A DNA stretch of 64,000 nucleotides from Eledone cirrhosa (GCA_964016885.1 OZ024743.1:378785419-378849418), one strand, 5' to 3'. Shown: positions 1 to 14,650, counted from the first letter of the stretch. Program-made: numbers and translations. Notes: generated by a model from the letters alone, not told the origin.

Positions 1-3000
1 CTAGAGAGAGAGAGAGTTTTGCACCCCACCACTACCCCAGTTTCTCCAACACTAGAGAGAGAGAGAGTTTTGCACCCCACCACTACCCCAGTTTCTCCAA
101 CGCTAGAGAGAGAGAGAGTTTTGCACCCCACCACTACCCCAGTTTCTCCAACACTAGAGAGAGAGAGAGTTTTACACCCCACCCCTACCCCAGTTTCTCC
201 TACTCTAGAGAGAGAGAGAGAGTTTTACACCCCACCCCTACCCCAGTTTCTCCTACACTAGAGAGAGAGAGAGAGTTTTACACCCCACCCCTACCCCAGT
301 TTCTCCTACACTAGAGAGAGAGAGTTTTACACCCCTCCACTACCCCAGTTTCTCCTACACTTAAGAGAGAGAGAGAGAGTTTTACACCCCACCCCTACCC
401 CAGTTTCTCCTACTCTAGAGAGAGAGAGAGAGTTTTACACCCCACCCCTACCTCAGTTTCTCCTACACTAGAGAGAGAGTTTTACACCCCACCCCTACCC
501 CAGTTTCTCCTACACTAGAGAGATACTGTTTTACACCCCACCCCTACCCCAGTTTCTCCTACACTAGAGAGATCGTTTTACACACCACCATTACCCCAGT
601 TTCTCCTACACTAGAGAGAGAGAGATTTTTACACCCCACCACAACCCAGTTTCTCCTACACTAGAGAGAGAGAGAGTTTTAAACCCCACCACTACCCCAG
701 TTTCTCCTACACTAGAGAGAGAGGGCGTTTTACACCGCACCACTACCCCAGTTTCTCCTACACTAGAGAGAGAGAGAGTTTTACACCGCACCACTACCCC
801 AGTTTCTCCTACACTAGAGATAGAGAGAATTTTACACCCCACCTTTACCCCAGTTTCTCCTACACTAGAGAGAGAGAGAGTTTTACACCGCACCACTACC
901 CAGTTTCTCCTACACTAGAGAGAGAGAGAGTTTTACACCCCACCACTACCCCAGTTTCTCCTACACTAGAGAGAGAGAGAGAGTTTTACACCCCACCCCT
1001 ACCCCAGTTTCTCCTACACTAGAGAGAGAGAGAGAGTTTTACACCCCTCCACTACCCCAGTTTCTCCTACACTTAAGAGAGAGAGAGAGAGTTTTACACC
1101 CCACCCCTACCCCAGTTTCTCCTACTCTAGAGAGAGAGAGAGAGTTTTACACCCCACCCCTACCCCAGTTTCTCCTACACTAGAGAGAGAGAGTTTTACA
1201 CCCCTCCACTACCCCAGTTTCTCCTACACTTAAGAGAGAGAGAGAGAGTTTTACACCCCACCCCTACCCCAGTTTGTCCTACTCTAGAGAGAGAGAGAGA
1301 GAGTTTTACACCCCACCACTACCCCAGTTTCTCCTACACTAGAGAGAGAGAGACAGAGTTTTACACCCCACCACTACCCCAGTTTCTCGTACACTAGAGA
1401 GAGAGTTTTACACCCCACCCCTACCCCAGTTTCTCCTACACTAGAGAGAGAGAGAGACTGTTTTACACCCCACCCCTACCCCAGTTTCTCCTACACTAGA
1501 GAGAGAGTTTTACACCCCACCCCTACCCCAGTTTCTCCTACACTAGAGAGAGACTGTTTTACACCCCACCCCTACCCCAGTTTCTCCTACACTAGAGAGA
1601 TCGTTTTACACCCCACCATTACCCCAGTTTCTCCTACACTAGAGAGAGAGAGATTTTTACACCCCACCACAACCCAGTTTCTCCTACACTAGAGAGAGAG
1701 AGAGTTTTAAACCCCACCACTACCCCAGTTTCTCCTACACTAGAGAGAGAGGTCGTTTTACACCGCACCACTACCCCAGTTTCTCCTACACTAGAGAGAG
1801 AGAGAGTTTTACACCGCACCACTACCCCAGTTTCTCCTACACTAGAGATAGAGAGAATTTTACACCCCACCTTTACCCCAGTTTCTCCTACACTAGAGAG
1901 AGAGAGAGTTTTACACCGCACCACTACCCCAGTTTCTCCTACACTAGAGAGAGAGAGAGTTTTACACCCCACCACTACCCCAGTTTCTCCTACAATAGAG
2001 AGAGAGAGAGAGTTTTACACCCCACCACTGCCCCAGTTTCTCCTACACTAGAGAGAGAGAGAGTTTTACACCTCCACCACTACCCCATTTTCTCCTACAC
2101 TAGAGAGAGAGAGAGTTTTACACCTCCACCACTACCCCATTTTCTCCTAAACTAGAGAGAGGTAGAGTTTTACACCCCACCACTACCCCAGTTTCCCCTA
2201 CACTAGAGAGAGAGAGAGTTTTACACCCCACCACTGCCCCAGTTTCTCCTACACTAGAGAGAGAGTTTTACACCCCACCACTACCCCAGTTTCTCCTACA
2301 ATAGAGAGAGAGAGAGAGTTTTACACCCCACCGCTACCCCAGTTTCTCCTACACTAGAGAGAGAGTTTTGCACCCCACCACTACCCCAGTTTCTCCTACA
2401 CTAGAGAGAGAGTTTTACACCCCACCACTACCCCAGTTTCTCCTACAATAGAGAGAGAGAGAGAGTTTTACACCCCACCGCTACCCCAGTTTCTCCTACA
2501 CTAGAGAGAGAGTTTTGCACCCCACCACTACCCCAGTTTCTCCTACACTAGAGAGAGAGTTTTACACCCCACCACTACCCCAGTTTCTCCTACACCAGAG
2601 ATAGAGAGAGAGTTTTACACCCCACCACTACCCCAGTTTCTCCTATACTAGAGAGAGAGAGAGTTTTACACCCCACCACTACCCCAGTTTCTCCTACAAT
2701 AGAGAGAGAGAGAGAGTTTTACACCCCACCGCTACCCCAGTTTCTCCTACACTAGAGAGAGAGTTTTGCACCCCACCACTACCCCAGTTTCTCCTACACT
2801 AGAGTGAGAGTTTTACACCCCACCCCTACCCCAGTTTCTCCTACACTAGAGAGAGAGTTTTACACCCCACCATTACTTCAGTTTCTCCTACACTAGAGAG
2901 AGAGTTTTACACCCCACCACTACCCCAGTTTCTCCTACACTAGAGAGAGAGTTTTGCACCCCACCACTACCCCAGTTTCTCCTACACTAGAGAGAGAGTT

Positions 3001-6000
3001 TTGCACCCCACCACTACCCCAGTTTCTCCTACACTAGAGAGAGAGTTTTGCACCCCACCACTACCCCAGTTTCTCCTACACTAGAGAGAGAGTTTTACAC
3101 ACCACCACTACCCCAGTTTCTCCTACAATAGAGAGAGAGAGATTTACACCCCACCACTACCCCAGTTTCTCCTACACTAGAGAGAGAGTTTTGCACCCCA
3201 CCACTACCCCAGTTTCTCCTACACTAGAGAGAGAGTTTTACACCCCACCACTACCCCAGTTTCTCCTACACTAGAGAGAGAGTTTTACACCCCACCATTA
3301 CCCCAGTTTCTCCTACACTAGGGAGAGAGAGAGTTTTACACCCCACCACTACCCCAGTTTCTCCTACACTAGAGAGAGAGAGAGAGTTTTACACACCACC
3401 ACTATCCCAGTTTCTCCTACACTAGAGAGAGAGTTTTACACCCCACCATTACCCCAGTTTCTCCTACACTAGAGAGAGAGTTTTACACGCCACCACTACC
3501 CCAGTTTCTCCTACACTAGAGAGAGAGTTTTACACCCCACCATTACCCCAGTTTCTCCTACACTAGAGAGAGAGTTTTACACCCCACCACTACCCCAGAT
3601 TCTCCTGCGCCAGAGATAGAGAGAGTGTTTTACACCCCACCACTACCCCAGTTTCTCCAACACTAGAGAGAGAGAGAGTTTTGCACCCCACCACTACCCC
3701 AGTTTCTCCAACACTAGAGAGAGAGAGTGTTTTACACCCCACCACTACCCCAGTTTCTCCAACACTAGAGAGAGAGAGTTTTGCACCCCACCACTACCCC
3801 AGTTTCTCCAACACCAGAGAGAGAGAGAGTTTTACACCCACCACTACCCCAGTTTCTCCAACACTAGAGAGAGAGAGAGTTTTACACCCCTCCACTACCC
3901 CAGTTTCTCCTACACTTAAGAGAGAGAGAGAGAGTTTGACACCCCACCCCTACCCCAGTTTCTCCTACTCTAGAGAGAGAGAGAGAGTTTTACACCCCAC
4001 CCCTACCCCAGTTTCTCCTACACTAGAGAGAGAGAGAGAGTTTTACACCCCACCCCTACCCCAGTTTCTCCTACACTAGAGAGAGTGAGTTTTACACCCC
4101 TCCACTACCTCAGTTTCTCCTACACTTAAGAGAGAGAGAGTTTTACACCCCACCCGTACCCCAGTTTGTCCTACTCTAGAGAGAGAGAGAGAGTTTTACA
4201 CCCCACCCCTACCCCAGTTTCTCCTACACTAGAGAGAGAGAGACAGAGTTTTACACCCCTCCACTACCCCAGTTTCTCCTACACTAGAGAGAGAGTTTTA
4301 CACCCCACCCCTACCCCAGTTTCTCCTACACTAGAGAGAGAGAGAGACTGTTTTACAGCCCACCCCTACCCCAGTTTCTCCTACACTAGAGAGAGAGTTT
4401 TACACCCCACCCCTACCCCAGTTTCTCCTACACTAGAGAGATCGTTTTACACCCCACCATTACCCCAGTTTCTCCTACACTAGAGAGAGAGAGATTTTTA
4501 CACCCCACCACAACCCAGTTTCTCCTAAACTAGAGAGAGAGAGAGTTTTAAACCCCACCACTACCCGAGTTTCTCCTACACTAGATAGAGAGGGCGTTTT
4601 ACACCGCACCACTACCCCAGTTTCTCCTACACTAGAGAGAGAGAGAGTTTTACACCGCACCACTACCCCAGTTTCCCCTACACTAGAGATAGAGAGAATT
4701 TTACACCCCACCTTTACCCCAGTTTCTCCCACACCAGAGAGAGAGAGAGTTTTACACCGCACCACTACCCCAGTTTCTTCTACACTAGAGAGAGAGAGAG
4801 TTTTACACCCCACCACTACCCCAGTTTCTCCTACAATAGAGAGAGAGAGAGAGTTTTACACCCCACCACTGCCCCAGTTTCTCCTACACTAGAGAGAGAG
4901 AGAGTTTTACACCTCCACCACTACCCCATTTTCTCCTACACTAGAGAGAGAGAGAGTTTTACACCTCCACCACTACCCCATTTTCTCCTAAACTAGAGAG
5001 AGATAGAGTTTTACACCCCACCACTACCCCAGTTTCCCCTACACTAGAGAGAGAGAGAGTTTTACACCCCACCACTACCCCAGTTTCTCCTATAATAGAG
5101 AGAGAGAGAGAGTTTTACACCCCACCACTGCCCCAGTTTCTCCTACACTAGAGAGAGAGTTTTACACCCCACCACTACCCCAGTTTCTCCTACAATAGAG
5201 AGAGAGAGAGAGTTTTACACCCCACCGCTACCCCAGTTTCTCCTACACTAGAGAGAGAGTTTTGCACCCCACCACTACACCAGTTTCTCCTACACTAGAG
5301 AGAGAGTTTTACACCCCACCACTACCCCAGTTTCTCCTACAATAGAGAGAGAGAGAGAGTTTTACACCCCACCGCTACCCCAGTTTCTCCTACACTAGAG
5401 AGTGTTTTGCACCCCACCACTACCCCAGTTTCTCCTACGCTAGAGAGAGAGTTTTACACCCCACCACTACCCCAGTTTCTCCTACATCAGAGATAGAGAG
5501 AGAGTTTTACACCCCACCACTACCCCAGTTTCTCCTACTCTAGAGAGAGAGAGAGTTTTGCACCCCACCACTACCCCAGTTTCTCCAACACTAGAGAGAG
5601 AGAGAGTTTTGCACCCCACCACTACCCCAGTTTCTCCAACGCTAGAGAGAGAGAGAGTTTTGCACCCCACCACTACCCCAGTTTCTCCAACACTAGAGAG
5701 AGAGAGAGTTTTACACCCCACCCCTACCCCAGTTTCTCCTACTCTAGAGAGAGAGAGAGAGTTTTACACCCCACCCCTACCCCAGTTTCTCCTACACTAG
5801 AGAGAGAGAGAGAGTTTTACACCCCACCCCTACCCCAGTTTCTCCTACACTAGAGAGAGAGAGTTTTACACCCCTCCACTACCCCAGTTTCTCCTACACT
5901 TAAGAGAGAGAGAGAGAGTTTTACACCCCACCCCTACCCCAGTTTCTCCTACTCTAGAGAGAGAGAGAGAGTTTTACACCCCACCCCTACCTCAGTTTCT

Positions 6001-9000
6001 CCTACACTAGAGAGAGAGTTTTACACCCCACCCCTACCCCAGTTTCTCCTACACTAGAGAGATACTGTTTTACACCCCACCCCTACCCCAGTTTCTCCTA
6101 CACTAGAGAGATCGTTTTACACACCACCATTACCCCAGTTTCTCCTACACTAGAGAGAGAGAGATTTTTACACCCCACCACAACCCAGTTTCTCCTACAC
6201 TAGAGAGAGAGAGAGTTTTAAACCCCACCACTACCCCAGTTTCTCCTACACTAGAGAGAGAGGGCGTTTTACACCGCACCACTACCCCAGTTTCTCCTAC
6301 ACTAGAGAGAGAGAGAGTTTTACACCGCACCACTACCCCAGTTTCTCCTACACTAGAGATAGAGAGAATTTTACACCCCACCTTTACCCCAGTTTCTCCT
6401 ACACTAGAGAGAGAGAGAGTTTTACACCGCACCACTACCCAGTTTCTCCTACACTAGAGAGAGAGAGAGTTTTACACCCCACCACTACCCCAGTTTCTCC
6501 TACACTAGAGAGAGAGAGAGAGTTTTACACCCCACCCCTACCCCAGTTTCTCCTACACTAGAGAGAGAGAGAGAGTTTTACACCCCTCCACTACCCCAGT
6601 TTCTCCTACACTTAAGAGAGAGAGAGAGAGTTTTACACCCCACCCCTACCCCAGTTTCTCCTACTCTAGAGAGAGAGAGAGAGTTTTACACCCCACCCCT
6701 ACCCCAGTTTCTCCTACACTAGAGAGAGAGAGTTTTACACCCCTCCACTACCCCAGTTTCTCCTACACTTAAGAGAGAGAGAGAGAGTTTTACACCCCAC
6801 CCCTACCCCAGTTTGTCCTACTCTAGAGAGAGAGAGAGAGAGTTTTACACCCCACCACTACCCCAGTTTCTCCTACACTAGAGAGAGAGAGACAGAGTTT
6901 TACACCCCACCACTACCCCAGTTTCTCCTACACTAGAGAGAGAGTTTTACACCCCACCCCTACCCCAGTTTCTCCTACACTAGAGAGAGAGAGAGACTGT
7001 TTTACACCCCACCCCTACCTCAGTTTCTCCTACACTAGAGAGAGAGTTTTACACCCCACCCCTACCCCAGTTTCTCCTACACTAGAGAGAGACTGTTTTA
7101 CACCCCACCCCTACCCCAGTTTCTCCTACACTAGAGAGATCGTTTTACACCCCACCATTACCCCAGTTTCTCCTACACTAGAGAGAGAGAGATTTTTACA
7201 CCCCACCACAACCCAGTTTCTCCTACACTAGAGAGAGAGAGAGTTTTAAACCCCACCACTACCCCAGTTTCTCCTACACTAGAGAGAGAGGGCGTTTTAC
7301 ACCGCACCACTACCCCAGTTTCTCCTACACTAGAGAGAGAGAGAGTTTTACACCGCACCACTACCCCAGTTTCTCCTACACTAGAGATAGAGAGAACTTT
7401 ACACCCCACCTTTACCCCAGTTTCTCCTACACTAGAGAGAGAGAGAGTTTTACACCGCACCACTACCCCAGTTTCTCCTACACTAGAGAGAGAGAGAGTT
7501 TTACACCCCACCACTACCCCAGTTTCTCCTACAATAGAGAGAGAGAGAGAGTTTTACACCCCACCACTGCCCCAGTTTCTCCTACACTAGAGAGAGAGAG
7601 AGTTTTACACGTCCACCACTACCCCATTTTCTCCTACACTAGAGAGAGAGAGAGTTTTACACCTCCACCACTACCCCATTTTCTCCTAAACTAGAGAGAG
7701 ATAGAGTTTTACACCCCACCACTACCCCAGTTTCCCCTACACTAGAGAGAGAGAGAGTTTTACACCCCACCACTACCCCAGTTTCTCCTATAATAGAGAG
7801 AGAGAGAGAGTTTTACACCCCACCACTGCCCCAGTTTCTCCTACACTAGAGAGAGAGTTTTACACCCCACCACTACCCCAGTTTCTCCTACAATAGAGAG
7901 AGAGAGAGAGAGAGTTTTACACCCCACCGCTACCCCAGTTTCTCCTACACTAGAGAGAGAGTTTTGCACCCCACCACTACCCCAGTTTCTCCTACACTAG
8001 AGAGAGAGTTTTACACCCCACCACTACCCCAGTTTCTCCTACACCAGAGATAGAGAGAGAGTTTTACACCCCACCACTACCCCAGTTTCTCCTATACTAG
8101 AGAGAGAGAGAGTTTTACACCCCACCACTACCCCAGTTTCTCCTACAATAGAGAGAGAGAGAGAGTTTTACACCCCACCGCTACCCCAGTTTCTCCTACA
8201 CTAGAGAGAGAGTTTTATACCCCACCATTACCTCAGTTTCTCCTACACTAGAGAGAGAGTTTTACACCCCACCACTACCTCAGTTTCTCCTACACTAGAG
8301 AGAGAGTTTTGCACCCCACCACTACCCCAGTTTCTCCTACACTAGAGAGAGAGTTTTGCACCCCACCACTACCCCAGTTTCTCCTACACTAGAGAGAGAG
8401 TTTTGCACCCCACCACTACCCCAGTTTCTCCTACACTAGAGAGAGAGTTTTACACACCACCACTACCCCAGTTTCTCCTACAATAGAGAGAGAGAGAGAG
8501 TTTTACACCCCACCACTACCCCAGTTTCTCCTACACTAGAGAGAGAGTTTTGCACCCCACCACTACCCCAGTTTCTCCTACACGAGAGAGAGAGTTTTAC
8601 ACCCCACCATTACCCCAGTTTCTCCTACACTAGGGAGAGAGAGAGTTTTACACCCCACCACTACCCCAGTTTCTCCTACACTAGAGAGAGAGAGAGAGTT
8701 TTACACACCACCACTACCGCAGTTTCTCCTACACTAGAGAGAGAGTTTTACACCCCACGATTACCCCAGTTTCTCCTACACTAGAGAGAGTGTTTTACAC
8801 GCCACCACTACCCCAGTTTCTCCTACACTAGAGAGAGAGTTTTACACCCCACCATTACCCCAGTTTCTCCTACACTAGAGAGAGAGTTTTACACCCCACC
8901 ACTACCCCAGATTATCCTGCACCAGAGATAGAGAGAGTGTTTTACACCCCACCACTACCCCAGTTTCTCCAACACTAGAGAGAGAGAGAGTTTTGCACCC

Positions 9001-12000
9001 CACCACTACCCCAGTTTCTCCAACACTAGAGAGAGAGTTTTGCACCCCACCACTACCCCAGTTTCTCCAACACTAGAGAGAGAGAGAGTTTTACACCCCT
9101 CCACTACCACAGTTTCTCCTACACTTAAGAGAGAGAGAGAGAGAGTTTGACACCCCACCCCTACCCCAGTTTCTCCTACTCTAGAGAGAGAGAGAGAGAG
9201 TTTTACACCCCACCCCTACCCCAGTTTCTCCTACACTAGAGAGAGAGAGAGAGTTTTACACCCCACCCCTACCCCAGTTTCTCCTACACTAGAGAGAGAG
9301 AGTTTTACACCCCTCCACTACCTCAGTTTCTCCTACACTTAAGAGAGAGAGAGAGAGTTTTACACCCCACCCGTACCCCAGTTTGTCCTACTCTAGAGAG
9401 AGAGAGAGAGAGTTTTACACCCCACCCCTACTCCAGTTTCTCCTACACTAGAGAGAGAGAGATAGAGTTTTACACCCCACCACTACCCCAGTTTCTCCTA
9501 CACTAGAGAGAGAGTTTTACACCCCACCCCTACCCCAGTTTCTCCTACACTAGAGAGAGAGAGAGACTGTTTTACACCCCACCCCTACCCCAGTTTCTCC
9601 TACACTAGAGAGAGAGTTTTACACCCCACCCCTACCCCAGTTTCTCCTACACTAGAGAGATCGTTTTACACCCCACCATTACCCCAGTTTCTCCTACACT
9701 AGAGAGAGAGAGATTTTTACACCCCACCACAACCCAGTTTCTCCTACACTAGAGAGAGAGAGAGTTTTAAACCCCACCACTACCCGAGTTTCTCCTACAC
9801 TAGAGAGAGAGGGCGTTTTACACCGCACCACTACCCCAGTTTCTCCTACACTAGAGAGAGAGAGAGTTTTACACCGCACCACTACCCCAGTTTCCCCTAC
9901 ACTAGAGATAGAGAGAATTTTACACCCCACCTTTACCCCAGTTTCTCCTACACCAGAGAGAGAGAGAGTTTTACACCGCACCACTACCCCAGTTTCTCCT
10001 ACACTAGAGAGAGAGAGAGTTTTACACCCCACGACTACCCCAGTTTCTCCTACACTAGAGAGAGAGAGAGTTTTACACCTCCACCACAACCCCATTTTCT
10101 CCTACACTAGAGAGAGAGAGAGTTTTACACCTCCACCACTACCCCATTTTCTCCTAAACTAGAGAGAGATAGAGTTTTACACCCCACCACTACCCCAGTT
10201 TCCCCTACACTAGAGAGAGAGAGAGTTTTACACCCCACCACTACCCCAGTTTCTCCTATAATAGAGAGAGAGAGAGAGTTTTACACCCCACCACTGCCCC
10301 AGTTTCTCCTACACTAGAGAGAGAGTTTTACACCCCACCACTACCCCAGTTTCTCCTACAATAGAGAGAGAGAGAGAGTTTTACACCCCACCGCTACCCC
10401 AGTTTCTCCTACACTAGAGAGAGAGTTTTGCACCCCACCACTACACCAGTTTCTCCTACACTAGAGAGAGAGTTTTACACCCCACCACTACCCCAGTTTC
10501 TCCTACAATAGAGAGAGAGAGAGAGTTTTACACCCCACCGCTACCCCAGTTTCTCCTACACTAGAGAGAGAGTTTTGCACCCCACCACTACCCCAGTTTC
10601 TCCTACACTAGAGAGAGAGTTTTACACCCCACCACTACCCCAGTTTCTCCTACACCAGAGATAGAGAGCGAGTTTTACACCCCACCACTACCCCAGTTTC
10701 TCCTACTCTAGAGAGAGAGAGAGTTTTGCACCCCGCCACTACCCCAGTTTCTCCAACACTAGAGAGAGAGAGTGTTTTACACCCCACCACTACCCCAGTT
10801 TCTCCAACACTAGAGAGAGAGAGAGTTTTGCACCCCACCCCTACCCCAGTTTCTCCAACACTAGAGAGAGAGAGAGTTTTGCACCCCACCACTACCCCAG
10901 TTTCTCCAACACTAGAGAGAGAGAGAGTTTTACACCCCACCCCTACCCCAGTTTCTCCTACTCTAGAGAGAGAGAGAGAGTTTTACACCCCACCCCTACC
11001 CCAGTTTCTCCTACACTAGAGAGAGAGAGAGAGTTTTACACCCCACCCCTACCCCAGTTTCTCCTACACTAGAGAGAGAGAGAGTTTTACACCCCTCCAC
11101 TACCCCAGTTTCTCCTACACTTAAGAGAGAGAGAGAGAGTTTTACACCCCACCCCTACCCCAGTTTCTCCTACTCTAGAGAGAGAGAGAGAGTTTTACAC
11201 CCCACCCCTACCTCAGTTTCTCCTACACTAGAGAGAGAGTTTTACACCCCACCCCTACCCCAGTTTCTCCTACACTAGAGAGATACTGTTTTACACCCCA
11301 CCCCTACCCCAGTTTCTCCTACACTAGAGAGAGAGAGAGTTTTGCACCCCACCACTACCCCAGTTTCTCCTACACTTAAGAGAGAGAGAGAGAGTTTTAC
11401 ACCCCACCCCTACCCCAGTTTCTCCTACTCTAGAGAGAGAGAGAGAGTTTTACACCCCACCCCTACCTCAGTTTCTCCTACACTAGAGAGAGAGTTTTAC
11501 ACCCCACCCCTACCCCAGTTTCTACACTAGAGAGATACTGTTTTACACCCCACCCCTACCCCAGTTTCTCCTACACTAGAGAGATCGTTTTACACCCCAC
11601 CATTACCCCAGTTTCTCCTACACTAGAGAGAGAGAGATTTTTACACCCCACCACAACCCAGTTTCTCCTACACTAGAGAGAGAGAGAGTTTTAAACCCCA
11701 CCACTACCCCAGTTTCTCCTACACTAGAGAGAGAGGGCGTTTTACACCGCACCACTACCCCAGTTTCTCCTACACTAGAGAGAGAGAGAGTTTTACACCG
11801 CACCACTAACCCAGTTTCTCCAACACTAGAGATAGAGAGAATTTTACACCCCACCTTTACCCCAGTTTCTCCTACACTAGAGAGAGAGAGAGTTTTACAC
11901 CGCACCACTACCCAGTTTCTCCTACACTAGAGAGAGAGAGAGTTTTACACCCCACCACTACCCCAGTTTCTCCTACACTAGAGAGAGAGAGAGAGTTTTA

Positions 12001-14650
12001 CACCCCACCCCTACCCCAGTTTCTCCTACACTAGAGAGAGAGAGAGAGTTTTACACCCCTCCACTACCCCAGTTTCTCCTACACTTAAGAGAGAGAGAGA
12101 GAGTTTTACACCCCACCCCTACCCCAGTTTCTCCTACTCTAGAGAGAGAGAGAGAGTTTTACACCCCACCCCTACCCCAGTTTCTCCTACACTAGAGAGA
12201 GAGAGAGAGTTTTACACCCCACCCCTACCCCAGTTTCTCCTACACTAGAGAGAGAGAGTTTTACACCCCTCCACTACCCCAGTTTCTCCTACACTTAAGA
12301 GAGAGAGAGAGAGTTTTACACCCCACCCCTACCCCAGTTTGTCCTACTCTAGAGAGAGAGAGAGAGTTTTACACCCCACCCCTACCCCAGTTTCTCCTAC
12401 ACTAGAGAGAGAGAGACAGAGTTTTACACCCCACCACTACCCCAGTTTCTCCTACACTAGAGAGAGAGATTTACACCCCACCCCTACCCCAGTTTCTCCT
12501 ACACTAGAGAGAGAGAGAGACTGTTTTACACCCCACCCCTACCCCAGTTTCTCCTACACTAGAGAGAGAGTTTTACACCCCACCCCTACCCCAGTTTCTC
12601 CTACACTAGAGAGAGACTGTTTTACACCCCACCCCTACCCCAGTTTCTCCTACACTAGAGAGAGAGTTTTGCACCCCACCATTACCCCAGTTTCTCCTAC
12701 ACTAGAGAGAGAGAGATTTTTACACCCCACCACAACCCAGTTTCTCCTACACTAGAGAGAGAGAGAGTTTTAAACCCCACCACTACCCCAGTTTCTCCTA
12801 CACTAGAGAGAGAGGGCGTTTTACACCGCACCACTACCCCAGTTTCTCCTACACTAGAGAGAGAGAGAGTTTTACACCGCACCACTACCCCAGTTTCTCC
12901 TACACTATAGATAGAGAGAATTTTACACCCCACCTTTACCCCAGTTTCTCCTACACTAGAGAGAGAGAGAGTTTTACACCGCACCACTACCCCAGTTTCT
13001 CCTACACTAGAGAGAGAGAGAGTTTTACACCCCACCACTACACCAGTTTCTCCTACAATAGAGAGAGAGAGAGAGTTTTACACCCCACCACTGCCCCAGT
13101 TTCTCCTACACTAGAGAGAGAGAGAGTTTTACACCTCCACCACTACCCCATTTTCTCCTACACTAGAGAGAGAGAGAGTTTTACACCTCCACCACTACCC
13201 CATTTTCTCCTAAACTAGAGAGAGATAGAGTTTTACACCCCACCACTACCCCAGTTTCCCCTACACTAGAGAGAGAGAGAGTTTTACACCCCACCACTAC
13301 CCCAGTTTCTCCTATAATAGAGAGAGAGAGAGAGTTTTACACCCCACCACTGCCCCAGTTTCTCCTACACTAGAGAGAGAGTTTTACACCCCACCACTAC
13401 CCCAGTTTCTCCTACAATAGAGAGAGAGAGAGAGTTTTACACCCCACCGCTACCCCAGTTTCTCCTACACTAGAGAGAGAGTTTTGCACCGCACCACTAC
13501 ACCAGTTTCTCCTACACTAGAGAGAGAGTTTTACACCCCACCACTACCCCAGTTTCTCCTACAATAGAGAGAGAGAGAGAGTTTTACACCCCACCGCTAC
13601 CCCAGTTTCTCCTACACTAGAGAGAGAGTTTTGCACCCCACCACTACCCCAGTTTCTCCTACACTAGAGAGAGAGTTTTACACCCCACCACTACCCCAGT
13701 TTCTCCTACACCAGAGATAGAGAGAGAGTTTTACACCCCACCACTACCCCAGTTTCTCCTACACTAGAGAGAGAGAGAGTTTTACACCCCACCACTACCC
13801 CAGTTTCTCCTACAATAGAGAGAGAGAGAGAGTTTTACACCCCACCGCTACCCCAGTTTCTCCTACACTAGAGAGAGAGTTTTGCACCCCACCACTACCC
13901 CAGTTTCTCCTACACTAGAGAGAGAGTTTTACACCCCACCACTACCCCAGTTTCTCCTACACTAGAGAGAGAGTTTTACACCCCACCATTACCCCAGTTT
14001 CTCCTACACTAGAGAGAGAGTTTTACACCCCACCACTACCCCAGTTTCTCCTACACTAGAGAGAGAGTTTTGCACCCCACCACTACCCCAGTTTCTCCTA
14101 CACTAGAGAGAGAGTTTTGCACCCCACCACTACCCCAGTTTCTCCTACACTAGAGAGAGAGTTTTGCACCCCACCACTACCCCAGTTTCTCCTACACTAG
14201 AGAGAGAGTTTTACACCCCACCACTACACCAGTTTCTCCTACAATAGAGAGAGAGAGAGAGTTTTACACCCCACCACTACCCCAGTTTCTCCTACACTAG
14301 AGAGAGAGTTTTGCACCCCACCACTACCCCAGTTTCTCCTACACTAGAGAGAGAGTTTTACACCCCACCACTACCCCAGTTTCTCCTACACTAGAGAGAG
14401 AGTTTTACACCCCACCATTACCCCAGTTTCTCCTACACTAGAGAGAGAGAGAGTTTTACACCCCACCACTACCCCAGTTTCTCCTACACTAGAGAGAGAG
14501 AGAGAGTTTTACACCCCACCACTACCCCAGTTTCTCCTACACTAGAGAGAGAGTTTTACACCCCACCATTACCCCTGTTTCTCCTACACTAGAGAGAGGG
14601 TTTTACACCCCACCATTACCGCAGTTTCTCCTACACTAGAGAGAGAGTTT
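1..14650. repeat. Domain A: variant-rich subarray with ~2.5-3.0 kb subunits and a ~5.2-5.5 kb higher-order repeat
   Basis: Characteristic variants are ACCCCTACCCC, ACTTAAG, TACTCTAGA, GATCGTTTT, GACTGTTTT, GAGGGCGTTTT and ACCTCCACC. Identical or near-identical ORFs are offset by 5,539 bp (19/5558, 606/6145, 1634/7173). GATACTG occurs at 522, 6061 and 11282. The right boundary is approximate. Confidence 0.9.
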
